Assembly (NCBI GenBank): GCA_963693365.1
Contig: CAVNZM010000016.1
Location: 6,741,029 to 6,805,028 of the forward strand
Direction of reading: 5' to 3'
DNA: 64,000 nt
DNA from: Amoebidium appalachense
Taxonomy: Eukaryota; Protista; Ichthyosporea
How positions within the stretch are numbered: position 1 is the stretch's first letter; every line of letters begins with the position of its first letter. Position numbers and translations under genes: made by a program. Positions 34,807 to 49,214 of this stretch are shown piece by piece. The notes under the pieces were generated by a model that was not told where the DNA came from, did no database searches, and saw nothing but the letters and a program-made list of their open reading frames with translations.

Positions 34807-37082
34807 TTACCAGCCCTCGGCATCTCCGCCACCCCAGCTGCCACCCTCACCCCATGCAGCCTGTACGTCCTCCTGTAGAGTTGAGCAAACAAAGGTCAGT
34901 AAAGGGAAGGACTCGGGCATGCACACAGGTCGGAAAATGGGATAAGAGCATGCACACACGAACACACACCACCAAGTGTGCCCATTATATACAGCAGGGC
35001 ATGCATGATGGTAACTAGGGGGCAGCCACTGTGTGCAACCCACCCCCCCCCCCAAAAAAAGAACTCCACCCACCCCCGCTACACAAACACACACTCTCAG
35101 ACACCACACACGGACCTTCCCTCTCTCCCCTCCAAGCAAACCCCCCCCCCCCCCCCCCCCCCCCCCTCTCTCTCCCGCCACATACCGGTGCAACCACAGG
35201 TTCCTTAGCAGCCTGTTCGGCCAGCAGTGCCTGGACCTTAACAAAAAAACACACAAACACACCCACTCACCCCCCCCCCCACACGTAAACACACGTACAC
35301 CTCCCCCCCTCCCCCCCCCCCCCCCCCCCACACACCCATCCACATACCGGTGCCACGACAGGTTCCTTAGCGGCCTGCTCAGCCAGCAGTGCCTGGACCT
35401 TAGCCTTCTTCTCCTCTATCTCCTTCACCTTGTCCACTATCTTGCCCAGCTCCTCACAGGCTGCAGCTACGGCCTCCTTCTTGCCGTACACACGGCACTT
35501 GGTTGTCCCACGAGGAATGTCGATCTTGGCTCCTGTGCTCTCCTGCAGATGAAAAGGAAGAAAAAATATTCAAAATACGGTTGGATTGCTGCCAGAATGG
35601 GCGCAAACACATATACTCCCTGGGTTTCTTGCTCCATTGCTCATGCAGGCATCCTCTCCTCTCTACCACTTATCGGCCTTTTCAAATATCCAAGAACTGG
35701 TATCCATCCCCCCCCTCCCCCCCTCCCCCCTCCTTCTATCCTCCCCCCCCCCCCCCCCCCCCCCCTTCTATGCCCCCCTCCACACACACTCTCCCTTGCC
35801 CTCACGGTTTCCACCACTGCCACCGCTCCCACACCATTTTCTTGGCCTTCCCTGCACTCATTACCATCTCCACAGACGCCTCCGGACACAGCAAAGACAC
35901 CAGTCGCACTTCAAGCACACACACACACACACACACACACCTGCAGCTTTGCGATGTTTGAGCCACCTGTGCCGATGACGGAGCCCACGGCTGAGCCCAG
36001 CTCCACCTCCCGAACCTCCTCACCCTGCAACATTCGTGACGTCAGAATAGTGCTACCCCTCAACAACAACACACACACGCACACACAGAGGTCCATGCTA
36101 TGCCCAACCACTCGGATACCACACTCCCTGCACCCTACGCCACACCCATTCCCCAAAGTCTCTACAAACACAACCAGACACAACAGAGCAAACCCAAGCT
36201 CCCCCCCCCCCCCCCCCCCCTCTTCTCGTCCCCATACTCACCAGCCCTCCGGAGTCACACACACAAATACCCAGGCACCCACACACAAAAACGCTGAGGG
36301 GATATTCCGAGCAAAAACCCTCCATACCTGAGACTGGTCTCTCTTTGCCTCGAGTAAACAGCGTAAACCCCAAAAACACATGCATACACAATAAAGCCAC
36401 GCACACTCCTCGTCCCCCCCCCCCTCCCCCCTTCTCTCCGCCCATCCCCATACCCATCTCCCCACCCCCCCCCCCCCCCCCCACCACCACCCAACCACCC
36501 CATACCCATCTCCCTTCAACCTCTCCCCCCATCCACCCCTCCCCCCTCCCCTTCCCCCCTCCACCCCCCTCCCACCTCACCCCCCCACCCACACATACAT
36601 ACTCCCTACCTTGCCAACCTTAGGCATTGGTGGGGGCTCAGTCAGCAACTTCTCGACCTTTGCCTTTGCCAGTTCCACGTTAGCCTGCAGGCCAGATATG
36701 CGCAGAATAGTGCTACCTCCGTCCTTCTCAATGTCTAGACGGGCATCCGTCTCGACCGTCAGTGCACGGATAGTCTCCCCACCGGCACCAACGACAATTC
36801 CTACGTCAGAGGGGGTGAGCTCCATGATCATGAAGTAGTTGTGGTCCGTGATCACCTGTGGAAAGGGAAAGAAGGGGGGGGGGGGGGGGGGGGGGTTAGG
36901 ATGGTGTTTATGTGCCTTGTGTGCATCCAAAAAGTGGAAGGAGTGATGGTGAACACAAAGGGTTATGCAGCATTGCCAGTAGAGCTCATTTCGCAGAAGT
37001 GTGTGCATCTGTGTGTGTGTGGTTGGGGTGGGGGAGACAACTCCTGGCAGCAGGAATGGAGTCAAGGCATACGTCCACTCAG

Positions 37083-37113
<31 letters not shown>

Positions 37114-37437
37114 ACCTTCTCCCCGCGCGAGGAGGGACTCAAAGACTCAAACAGTTAGACCAATGCTGCTGCTTCTTATACTAATTCTGTTAGCTTAAAC
37201 CATCTTGCCACCAACACTTTAATTAATATTTGATTCAACCCACCAGACATGTACACGTACCTGGTTGATCTTGACGTGTGCATTCATGACCTGGCTGTGT
37301 GTGCCGCTAATAGCAATGGTCTTGCCGTTCTTGTCAAGGTCTACCTTGGCCCCAGTGCTGGCCTGGATCTCCCTGTGGAAAATAAAGTGTGAGAAACAAA
37401 GCAGACAAACAGACAGACACACACCCATAGACACATG

Positions 37438-37474
<37 letters not shown>

Positions 37475-37981
37475 GCAATTGGACAGGAACACATCCATGC
37501 CATCCATCCCCCCCCCCCCCCCCCCCAAAAAACATGACAAACAAACAAACACACACACACACACACACAAGCGCATACACAGAACACACCCAATACCTGT
37601 AGTCTAAATTCATATTCAGAGGAAGAAAGCGAATACAGTACACAAGGCATAAAGTATGTAATATTAGTAGTGCCACTTCTCAAGGGGGCCCAAGAGGAAA
37701 GCATGTGTGTGTCGCTCTGTACATGTGTGTGTGTGCGTGCGTGCATGTGTGTATCCGTACCTGACGGTGGCACCGGCCTTTCCCAGGACCGCATAGAAGG
37801 CCCTCTGGTCCACATTCTCAAGCACGACTGCCCCGGCCAATCAGCACGCGCCACTAAACATAACACGTGCACGTGCAACATAAAAACACGTGGGGAAGAG
37901 ACTCTTGTGTCCTATTGGATCAGATAGGTACTTATACCATCTCATCAACCCCCCCCCCCCCCCCCCCCCCCCCCCCGCGCG

Positions 37982-38021
<40 letters not shown>

Positions 38022-38317
38022 CTTGCTTCCCCGACCTCCATTCCTCTATCGCTTTCACATGCACCCCAACACCCTTTGCACCACCTACCACTCAACCAAA
38101 CCCATCCACCTACCCACCCAAATACTCAGAAACACACACAGCCCCAAGTACACACACACACACAAACACACTACACCCGCATACACCCCAAGTCAACAAA
38201 CAAACAGACCAACACTCACACACAAAAGAAACACACGCCCACACACACCCATGCTACCCCATGCGCCCCCCCCTCCCCCTCCCCTCCCCCTCCTCAAACA
38301 CACCCCCTTACCCCCCC

Positions 38318-38348
<31 letters not shown>

Positions 38349-39361
38349 CCACACACCCACACGAATGCACGTACTCTTGGCCTCTGGGGGCGGGGGGTTG
38401 AGGATCTTGTCGACCTCGATCCTTGCCAGCTGGATCTGATGGGGCAGGCCGGTAATCTTGAGCTTCTTGCTCTCCTTGTCGATGTCTAGCTTGGCCCCAC
38501 TCACATCACGGATATGGTTGATGTTGGCTCCACCTAGAACGAGAAATTGTTAGTTCTCTTCAGTTTTAAAACTGTGTAAGGAGACTAATGAGGTGTGTGT
38601 GTGTGTGCATCGGCACATGCATGTCCCCAATATGTTACCCACCATCGCTACAGCATCACATTTTCTTCCAACCCCCCCCCCCCCCCCCCATCCGGTGTGT
38701 TTGTCAAACCCCCGGGTGTTTTCCCTGAATCCACACCAACCATTCCTGGTGTCCTGATGGTTTAGGAATGCAACAGAGCGGAGTGGAAAGTGCACAATGA
38801 CATTTACGATGGGCGACACGATGCAACTTCTGCAAGAAGTGAAGAAACAGAGCAGACCCCCCCCCCCCCCCCAAAGCCCACACACACATACACCGACCCA
38901 CCGACCCACAAACACATCCCCCCTACCCACCCACACAGAGTATGCATGATTTCTGTGTTTCTATAGGGGGCACGTACCACGGCCCACAATCGCAGGGGCA
39001 TTGTCTCCGATGTCGATCTCAACGGCCTTCTGCTCGGTCATGTTGCTGGGTCAGTTGTGTGTGTGTGTGTTTGTGTTGCACGAGTGTGCATACGCACAAG
39101 CACATGCCTCCACTCGTCTTGTGGTCATGGGAGCTTTCCGTTTCTAACCCCCCCTCCCCCCCCCCCCCGAAAAAAACAACAACAAACACACACACTCACA
39201 CACACACACACGCGCGCGCGCGCCCGCGCCCATGTTCTGCGCTCAGTACCTCCACCTTTCCCAGATTTCTCGTTGATTCGAGAACCTTAGAGTATCTTTC
39301 CTGCCACGGTTCACGCACATTTGAAACGTCTCTCACACTGCACTCTACAATATGCAAGCGC

Positions 39362-39406
<45 letters not shown>

Positions 39407-41746
39407 CATACACAGACAGAGGCAACCACCAATGCACACATGCACACCAGCCACACAACAATGGCTGAGCAATGCAGTCCTACCACGTGCATATGCGCGT
39501 GTGGGGCTGTGTTCATGTGCAAAGGTATTTGGATGGGGGGAGGGGGGGGGAGGAAAGCACACATATGGTGTGAAGGTGTGTACTCTCTGCCCAAACGAAA
39601 CCCACACTTCTCAAATCTACAACCCCAACACATCCCATGTACATTCAAGCAGAAAAACAGAGTCCAAGTTCATATGGGTGCCAAGGAAATGGGAAGGAGA
39701 AAAGGGCAAGGGGGGTGGGGGGGGGGGGGGGGGGGTACGCACGGTATCGTCGATCTTCTTCTGCTCGCTGTCCACAATGGAGCGGATCATGGCTGCAGCA
39801 TCGGCCACCTTGCTGGGCTCACCAGTCACGGCTGCACAAAACACATCATGTGCTCAATCAATTGTGGCCCCCATAGACATGACACATATCTAAACGTCTC
39901 CAAGCCTTACGGTCCCCCCCCCCCCCCCCCCCCCCCCCTCTCCCTCCCTCCCTCCCCCCCACCACACACACACCTCCTTCCATCCAGGAAGAACATATGC
40001 ACCAATTAGTCGTTGAATCGCACCCACTAGCTTCGTTCTAGTCTTCGTATTTCTGCTTCCAACCACTTCCCCCTCCCCTCCCTTAACCCCTCCCCTCCCT
40101 CCTCTCCCCCCCCGCACACACACACACATATTTACTGGTAATCCTTTCTTATGACGAATACCACACACCCACACACACCCACACACACCCATACATCACT
40201 TACTAGCCTCGTTCTTCGTCTTGTCAATCTTGACGTTAGCACCCGTAGACTCCTGGATCTGCTTGATGGTGGCACCGCCCTTGCCAATCACCGCACCCCA
40301 GTGGCTGCCCAGCTTGACAACTACCTCGGGGGCAGGGGCAGCGGCCTCGGCTGGGAGAGGGAAAGAAAAGGAAGAAAAGGGGGGGGGAGGGGGGCGAAGG
40401 GAAGGAAAGGAGGAAGAGGGGGAAGAGGGGAGGAGGGGAAAGAGAGAGAGAGAGAGGAAGGGAGAGGGGAAGGGACAAGAAAGGGGAAAGAAAAAAAGAA
40501 GGGGGGGGGGGGGGGGGGGGGGGGGGGTTTTGAATGCGGAACACGGTACAAAGTACGCATACACGACGAGAAGCATGGTGCAGGACACATGCAAAGGCAA
40601 ACATTCAAGTATGCAACATCAGCCATGTGCACAGTATGCGTCATAAGCAGAGCCCATCCTCAGGGAGGACCCAAGTCATCAATTGCGTCTGAGTTTCGAC
40701 CCCTTAGCCCGCGTATATACGACACTCCAACTCAGACAGCAGCATCAACTGAGCTTGGGCGGGTCAACCCGTCTTGATCAAAGACGAGCAGGGTTGCTTA
40801 TGCAAGCAAGGTGAGCAAAACGGTGAAGATGTGTGTGCAAACTAATGCAGTGCAGCGAAAAATGTGTATGTGCTTACAGATGCACGACACAGAGCAACCA
40901 TGCCCGGTTGCATGGAAGTAAAGCGGTCTCCACACAGTGGTCTGTCCTGAAAGGACACCTCTGAAAGAAGACTGGGGGGGTTTTGAATGCGGAACACGGT
41001 ACAAAGTACGCATACACGACGAGAAGCATGGTGCAGGACACATGCAAAGGCAAACATTCAAGTATGCAACATCAGCCATGTGCACAGTATGCGTCATAAG
41101 CAGAGCCCATCCTCAGGGAGGACCCAAGGGGGGGGGGGGGGATGTGTGCATGAGTAGGTGGCAACTGTGGAGGAAGAGACACTGTAAACCTCGTTAAGGC
41201 AGAACATGAAAAGACGAAATCAACACAACTGTGCAGACGAAAAAGGGGCCCCATGCCCCTCGGGGGTGAGCAGACAGCAACTGGCCAGCACAAGCTGTCG
41301 CAGCAGCTGTGCACACTGCTGCAAACCCATCATGCCCACTAGACACAAGTCCTCACAGCCAACATCGTCCACAGCAAGCCCCTTGCCCCCTCCCCCCCCC
41401 CCCCCCCCCTTCCCAGCAACCCTCACGCTCACACTGACCCGCCACACCTGTCAGCATGCAGCGGAAAAACCCGGCAATCTCAAACCCGAACATCCAAGCC
41501 GCCCAACTACCACCCACCAACCCTCCTGCTCACCTGAGCCTCCCTCCCCCCTTCCCCCCGACGCACCCACCCGCCCACACACGCATACACACACACACGT
41601 ACCCTCCTCGGCCTTGGCCTCTGCCTTGCGCTGCTTCTGCACAGCCTTGTTGGACTTGACTGTCTCCCATCCGTCATCCTGTGTACCCCAACAGTCAGCA
41701 ACCCCGGCCCTACTCCCCCCCCCCCCCCCCTCCCCCCCCCCCCCCC

Positions 41747-41785
<39 letters not shown>

Positions 41786-42314
41786 CCCCCAGTCCTTCAC
41801 TCCGGCCGATACCTCTGCAACATAAGCAGAACATAAGCAGAACCCATCCTCAGAAGGGGCTCAGGTCATTACGAGGGGGGGACGTGGTGGTGGGGGGAGG
41901 AGGAGACATGTCCCGGTACGTGCACGTGTAGGGTACACAGGGGGCAGTATGTGCCTCACCTCTACGGGTGCGGGGGCAGGCGTAGGTGCGGGGGCAGGGG
42001 CAGCCTTAGCAGGGGCAGGGGCAGCCACGGGGGCAGCTGCAGCTGCAGGTGCAGCAGCGGGTGCGGCATCTGCAGCCTTCTTCTTCTTCTTCTTCTTCTT
42101 GCCCTCAGCCTGAAAAAACACGTGTGTGTGGGTTAGTGGGGGAAGGGATTGTGTGTGCATGTTGGGGAGGGAGGAGGTTATGTCGATGCTCTGTGAAGGA
42201 CGACGGGATATGGCGGTGGGAAAGGCAGAATGGGATGGTGGGGTGTGTGGGAGTGTTGCGGGAGAGAGGGGAGGGGGGGGGGAGGGGATGGTGGTGATGG
42301 TGGTGGTGGTGTGT

Positions 42315-42363
<49 letters not shown>

Positions 42364-44221
42364 GAAGGAACCCACGGGTTTAAAAAAACACACCTGATTG
42401 TGAGGAAATCGCTACATAAAGGGAAGATGGGTGGGTGGCTATGGGAATGCAAGTGTGTGTGTGTGTGTGTGAGTGTGTGTGTCTACGTACGTTTGTGTGT
42501 GAGTGTGATGAACGGGTTGTGTGCCTATGAATGTGTGCGTGTTTGTGTATGTGCACACGTGTGTGTTTTTGTGTGTGTGCATGCGTGTTGTGGTAAATGT
42601 TTTATCCACCATCACTTCCACAAATCCACACCCACACATAACACACAAAAATCAATCAACAACCAAACCACACATCACTTTCCACATACCGATTCAGCCT
42701 CTGGGGCAGGGGCTGCGACGGGTGCAGGGGCTGGGGCGGGAGCAGCCTTCGGCTCAGGGACGGGCTCAGGCTTGGGTGCGGGTGCAGGCTCGGGGGCCTT
42801 AGCGGGTGCGGGTGCAGCCTTGGGGGTGGGGGCAGGCGCAGCCGCGGGGGCAGGGGCAGGGGTGGCTGCCTTGCCCTTCTTCTGTGAGGGGGAAAGAGGG
42901 GGGAGGGGAAGGGGGGGCGGGGGGGGGGGGGGGGGGGGGTTTTGAATGCGTCAAAAAGTACGAAGTACACAAGAACAAACGGATAACACGATGCAGAATG
43001 CAAGCCATACATAAAGAGTATGCATAATAAGCAGAGCCCATCCTCAGGGGGGGCCCACGTCATCCACAGTACCCGAGTTTCGACCTATTCCCCTCGTTAA
43101 CGAAACCCAACTCAGATACTGTTTCACTTGAACATGAGTAGGTCACCCGTCTTGATCAGAGACGAGCAGGGTTGCTTATGCAGGCAAGGGCAGTGGGAAA
43201 GGCCGGGGGTTAAAGTTGCAGCAGTAAGCAGAAGCAAGAAAAATATAGATAGGAACTCAGGAGACGGGGCTTCTAGGAAGCTCCCCCGTCGATACCTAAG
43301 TCGATACTTCCCTGGCTAACATACTACACCAGCTGAAAAGAATTAAGTCCCGAAGGCCACAGAATTCGTAATCAGAGGGGAAAATATGAGATTTGACCCA
43401 CGCCGCAGGGTAGTAACACGCTTACTAGGGCGGAACTTTATCGTCTTCGAACGGAAAGCTATGCCCCCGGATGTCAGCCGGAAATATGGTATCACCCATT
43501 GCTTTGGGGGGGGGGGGGGGGGGGGGGGGGGACGGGGGGGGAAGGAGTTGGTGTGAGAAGGGGGTGTGTTTGTTCGGTATGTTTGTAGGCAGGAATGGAT
43601 TGTAAGTGGGAGGCAGTGGTGTGTCTGTGCATGTGTGTGCACGTGGAAGGAATGAGGGGGGGTGGGGGGATGGGGCATGCCATCTAAAGTACGAAATGCA
43701 TCATTCACAACAGGAGAAGCAATATGGATCTGCAGCAAGCACACACACACACACAGTGTTGACAACACGAGTAAAGCCCAGTCCTCGGGTTGGGCATTGA
43801 GGGGGGGGGGGGGGAGTTGATGCATGACGGATACGAGGTACACTTTCCCAACCAACAACCGACAACCGGGGAGAGAGGGGGAGGGGGGGGGGGGGGGGGG
43901 GAGGGGGGGGGGGGGGGGGGGGGGCTCATGTGTAACTCTCATGCTACATCCAAAACACGTCCCGTTCACCATCTATGCTGCTACCACGGATACCTATTAG
44001 TTAGGGCAGCAACAAACACACACACTGAGCCCCCCCCAAACACACACACACATGCACCAACCCTTTCTTTCACCCCAGGTACACAACCCTCATCAACATG
44101 TCTCCCCAACCCCCCCCCCCCCCCCAAAAAAAAAAAAATGCCCCACAGGCCCACACACCCCCCACCCGCCCCTTCATGACAACACAGACGTTCCATCCTC
44201 CCCCTCCCCCTCTGCAGTCCG

Positions 44222-44253
<32 letters not shown>

Positions 44254-45917
44254 GACACACGTCCCCACTTTTCCAGATTGCCCACACAGTCCCAAGCACC
44301 ACCAGCAGCACACCAAACCCATTTCCACCCACCAGCACCCCCTTCCCCTCCTCCCTCCCCACTTCCTTTCATCCCCCCCCTCCCGACCCCCCAAAACCCG
44401 ACACACACACACACACACACCTTCTTCTTTGCCGCCACCGTCTCGAACCCATCCTCCTCCACTGGCTCGGGCACGGGTGCAGGTGCAGGTGCGGGGGCAG
44501 CTGCAGCTGCAGCCTTTGCCTGCCAATCACATGCCGAGTTGGCATCCCACCTCTCCCTCCCCTCCCCCCCCCGCGCACACACATCCACCTCCCCCACTTC
44601 CTCCCCCCCCCCCCCCCCCCTCTTTTCCTCTCACTTACGACTGCAAAACGCATAAGAGGGGTTGCACAAGCCACAAACCAAACAGCAGGGGCCTGTCACT
44701 GGGCATGGTCTCCTTTAAGGCATTACACCACACGTGCACAACCAACCCTCCAACCCTGCTCCCCCCCCCCCCCCCCCACCCCCACCACCACCACAAACCC
44801 GCCTCTAAACACCTTTTATGTCCACACATACACAGCCCAATAATCGACCACCCCACCCCACTTTCATCACCTTCTTAGCCGCCTTGGCCGATTTTGCTGG
44901 CTCTGGTGCCGGAGCCGCAGCCGGTGCGGGGGCCGGTGCTGCCTTAGGCTGCTCCTTGGGTGCAGGTGCAGCCTTGGTTGTGGGGGCCGGAGCTGGGGCA
45001 GGCTCGGGGGCAGCAGCCTTCTTCTTCTTCTTCTTCTTTTTCTTGTCGGCAGCTGAGGGGGTCGACACTTCCTCCTCCTCCTCCTCCTCAGAGGGCTCGG
45101 GTTCCGGTTCGGGATCCTTCTTTGCCGGCTCGGGTTTCTTCTCTGCCTTCTTCTTCTTGGCGTCCTTTTTCTTGGGTGCCTGGTACACCATCACCCAATC
45201 AGAATGCAAAAAAGGACAACAAAATAGCAGCGTGGCTGCATAAGAGCCATACAAACCCTCAGCTTCTGTCTGTCTCTCTCATAACCCTCCTCCCCCCCCC
45301 CCCCCCCCCCCCGGCCTTCACCCGTCCAGCTATCCGACCGACCCTTCTCTATACTCCGGCATCGTTCCTCTTTTCAATAGAAGACGTATTTCCACTCTGT
45401 TTGTGAAAGATGAAAAGCCCAACGCTGAGTATACGTGTGAAGCCATCATGAGATTCACCCCCTTCCCCTTTACTTTTTAGGAGGTCGAGCCTCTCGCACC
45501 TATACCTCCAACCCCCCTCTCTATCCACTTCCAGCTTTCCCTCCCCCCCCCCCACACACACACATACACACACACATTACGTCCCTTTCCCTTCCATCCC
45601 ACTGCCATGTACCGTGACCAACAAGACTCCATACAGCTAAGCACCTACACAAATCTTCACTCCTCCCCCCACACATGTATCCGCAGGGTTCCATTGCCTC
45701 AAATGCTCCCCTCCCTCACTCCCCCCCTCCCCCCCCCCTTTCCCCCCACCTCCTCCTTAACCACACACACACACACACACACACACACCGGCTCTTCCAC
45801 TTGCTTGGGGGGCTCAGCCTTGCTACCAAGCAGCTTGTAAGCAGCAACACTGGCCACAAGTGCACCGGCGCTGATGAGGCCCGCCACAGCGGCCTCGTTT
45901 TCCAAGATAGAAGCCAT
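34807..45917 (-). CDS. N-terminally membrane-anchored multi-KH RNA-binding protein (5 KH domains); exons 45917-45789, 45179-44871, 44519-44421, 42881-42690, 42109-41960, 41678-41603, 40350-40204, 39831-39743, 39029-38978, 38533-38375, 37827-37761, 37372-37261, 36855-36610, 36024-35941, 35542-35348, 35236-35186, 34872-34807
   Basis: KH GxxG loops VIGKGG, IVGRGG, VLGKAG, VVGAGG and VIGTGG, each followed by a TGA/SGA-KxDI-type segment. Hydrophobic N-terminus [19 protein letters not shown], Lys- and Ala/Pro-rich linker, phase-consistent GT-AG junctions. Confidence 0.87.
40528..41127 (-). mobile_element. Two tandem subfamily B copies (long 40528-40972; 5'-truncated 40981-41127)
   Basis: Both begin, on the + strand, G(n)-TTTTGAATGCGGAACACGGTAC and are identical over ~147 bp; the second copy sits directly 5' of the first. 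Confidence 0.85.
42940..43505 (-). mobile_element. Poly(C)-flanked non-coding element, subfamily A, full length
   Basis: Reverse complement of 62111-62676 with few substitutions; poly-G on both sides on the + strand. Confidence 0.85.
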
Positions 45918-46032
45918 TCACTGTTAAAACACAAGCATGCAAGAAAAGAGAGGCGGAGGGGGGATGTGATGGATGTAGGAAGGCGGAAGGGGAGGGAAGC
46001 AAGGCAGTGTGTGTGTCACAGTGTGTGTGTCA

Positions 46033-46073
<41 letters not shown>

Positions 46074-47614
46074 TGTGTGTGTGTACGTGTACGTGTGTGT
46101 GTGTGTATAATGCTGGGGGAGGGGGGGGTGGGGTAGGGACGCTGCCAGGGGAAGAGGGACCCCGGGGGGGGGGGGGGGGGGGGGGGGGGAGGGGGGGGGG
46201 GGGGGCTAAGCACAGGGAAGGTTGGAGTGAAAGGAAAAAACAACGGAAACAGTCAGCCTTTCGCGCGCCTGGATGAAGAACTGCATGTTATCCCTATTCA
46301 GACGGTGTAGTTAACATGAAGTAGGCAAAATCCAAGCAACCAGTCCCTTTGACCTATGGCCACCTACAAACCTTTCCGAGTCTGCTGTTAAAAAAACTAC
46401 GTTCCGCCCAGCAGTATAGCAGTTTGCTTCTATTAAAAATAACGCCCAAAAATTTCCAAAAGCCATCCGCTCTCCCTGTGAACTAGACGTCCAGTGTAAG
46501 AGTAACAATATACGTCCAAGTCCAAAGTGGCTATATAAGGATGAACGAGCCAAAGCTCAAAAACCAGTGGACGACAAAGCACTCTCATGCCCCTATTCTG
46601 CGCAATTTTTTTTTCACTCTTTCGGGTGCCTTAATTATAAACGTACAGCGAAACTAAGTATAGAACATGGAATTGGAACAAACCGATTAGCCGAGTCGAA
46701 ACGATAGCGGAGAGAGCGGAGGGAGTCAACAGAAACTCGCTGAACTCTGCCCACACTGACCTTGTGTACCCCCACTGGAATGCGGGTGGATTTTAGTTGG
46801 AGAGGGGTAAGGTTGCTCATGTATTATTTTGCTGTTTGTGATTTGCACCTCTCTAGGTGGACTAATCAGAATGACGAGCAGCTTTTGTTATTCTCTGATT
46901 GGGAAAATCAGTTTTACAAGAACTTTCAAATTTAGGGCTTTCAACAGCTATGCGTAATTTTAGAAATCATTATTTGAAGAGTTTGACAAAGCTGTAAATT
47001 CCCCCTAATTTGAACTTTCATGGTTCGAAGTAAACAGCTGTCTAACTTCGGATCTGGGATCACCAGTTTATTTCTTGCGAGCGCCGTATTTGATTCGCTC
47101 CAGATCTTAGCTCCGGTATCTTGCTTTTACAAATGAATGATCAAGCTCATCAGACAGATTATTTAGTTTTTTAAAGTGACACAACATTTTGACAAATCAT
47201 TTCAATTCGTCATTAGGGATTTTTGACTTTCATAACCTTGAAGCTTATAGCCGATTGCGGTAACCATGGACCGAGTGGCCAGGCGTCAACAGTGCGGTAA
47301 CCATGGACCGAGTGGCCAGGCCGTCAACAGTAGATTTGGCAGTTGCCTGAGACCGCTTCAAAACTTGAAAACCGAAGTCTTAGCTGGTGAACAACCACCA
47401 GTGAACATTAGCAGCTCATAATCCAATTCGTAGAGACAAGCGGCATTTTCTGCGCTTCTCGGTTTCCGCTCTCCGGCTCGACACCCTTTAGAACCATGTA
47501 GCATTGATTTTCCCTTCGCTGGGGTGCAGCTGCATCGGACTTGGACATGACTACTTCTGTAATAAATACACGCTTGCGCTTGGCGCGCCAGGGCTACACT
47601 CCAGCGTCCCCCGT

Positions 47615-47646
<32 letters not shown>

Positions 47647-48059
47647 TTGCCTTACACACAGACACACAAACACACGTTTACCCAACCCACAGTCCCCCCC
47701 TGCCCCCACGTAACCCCCACAAACTAAGGCCTCTTGGGTTGTTTCGCAATTACAGTGGTTGGGTCGAAACTGGAATAGTATGAATGACGTAGGCTAACCC
47801 TTTGGAGGGACACTACTTATAGTGCATGCTCTTTGGATTTACCTTGACAGTTCTGCTTTATTGGGCCGTTGTGAATGTGTACTTCGTACTCAAATTTGGT
47901 GTGTTTTGCCCCAACCACATCAGCGGCAGCCATTACACGACGCGCACAAACCAGCTCAGGCTACTGAGTGTCACTATTATAAAAACTATAAGTCCCTTCT
48001 CCAAACGAATAACTGAACGCTCCATGGCCCCGGAGGCTGATGCCTAACGCTAACTCACA

Positions 48060-48106
<47 letters not shown>

Positions 48107-49214
48107 ACATCCACACTGGGGAACGGGCTCTGCTTATGTGCATGCGATGGATTGTATGTGTGTTTTACAATAAGAGTGTGTTTTTTGTCGTGAGTGTATA
48201 TCTCCTACCCCGTAAAGAATTCTAACATTCCTCCCCTCCCCTCTTTCCCTCCCCCCCCAACCTCCCCCCACCTTCCCCTGCCCCTCCCCGGCCCCCTCTA
48301 ATACTTAATACTCGTGTAGCGGGGCCATATCTTGACTGCGCCGGGGCCAGGGGCCACAAAATGCATTGGGGAATTAATTAAGAAGGGAGGGGGGCGAGGG
48401 AGGGAGGGGTGTTCGTATGTAATGATCGACCAGTCCTCGAGACTTGAGTAAATGAGCTCACCAGCAGAAAAGTGCGACATCTTCCATAGGTGCGCAAACG
48501 TTTATTTCTGGCCATATTGAGTGCGAATTAAAGGCGTGCCACGGGCAACAAAACGACTTAACTTCGTGGCCCTCGAGAGAAGTTCAATTTAGTTGGTCAC
48601 AAGTTTTTGTAAACGGCTGGAAAACTAAAAGTTGCTAAGCATATGACGAACTGTAACTTTACCCCGTGACACGGTTTTTGGATATGACACTGCACCTCTA
48701 GTATGAATATCCTTGGGTACTACAAAACTCAGTAAGACAGCCTATATACAAAGCCTGGCATTTCACAAACCGGTACCGTGACATACTGATAATAGTCTCG
48801 ATCTTGTTTATAAAGAATACATGAGGACAGCGCAAAAGTTGCAAGAATAAACTAATAGACCTCTAGAAACTAAAAGAACACAGGAGTGTCTAGGCCTGGC
48901 CATTTGAACAAAAGTACGGGGCTGCGAGCGAGGTGCTATTATCAGCATGCTAATGTTTCACTGCGTTCAACCCCCCCTCGAATTCCCCCCAGAGGCTCCT
49001 TCCCCCCCCCCCCCCCCCCCCTCCCTGGACCCCCCCCCGGGGGGGGGGGGGAGGGGGGAGGGAATGGTCAAAAACGAGAGGTAAAAGGAAATTAGGCACA
49101 CTTAACGGCTGAATTTTACAAACTGATAGCTATTGTGAAGCTTATAGCCCCAGAGCTTAAGAGAAGGGGCACAGGTTGAGACACGAACAAAATACTCAGC
49201 ACACACCCTGATGC

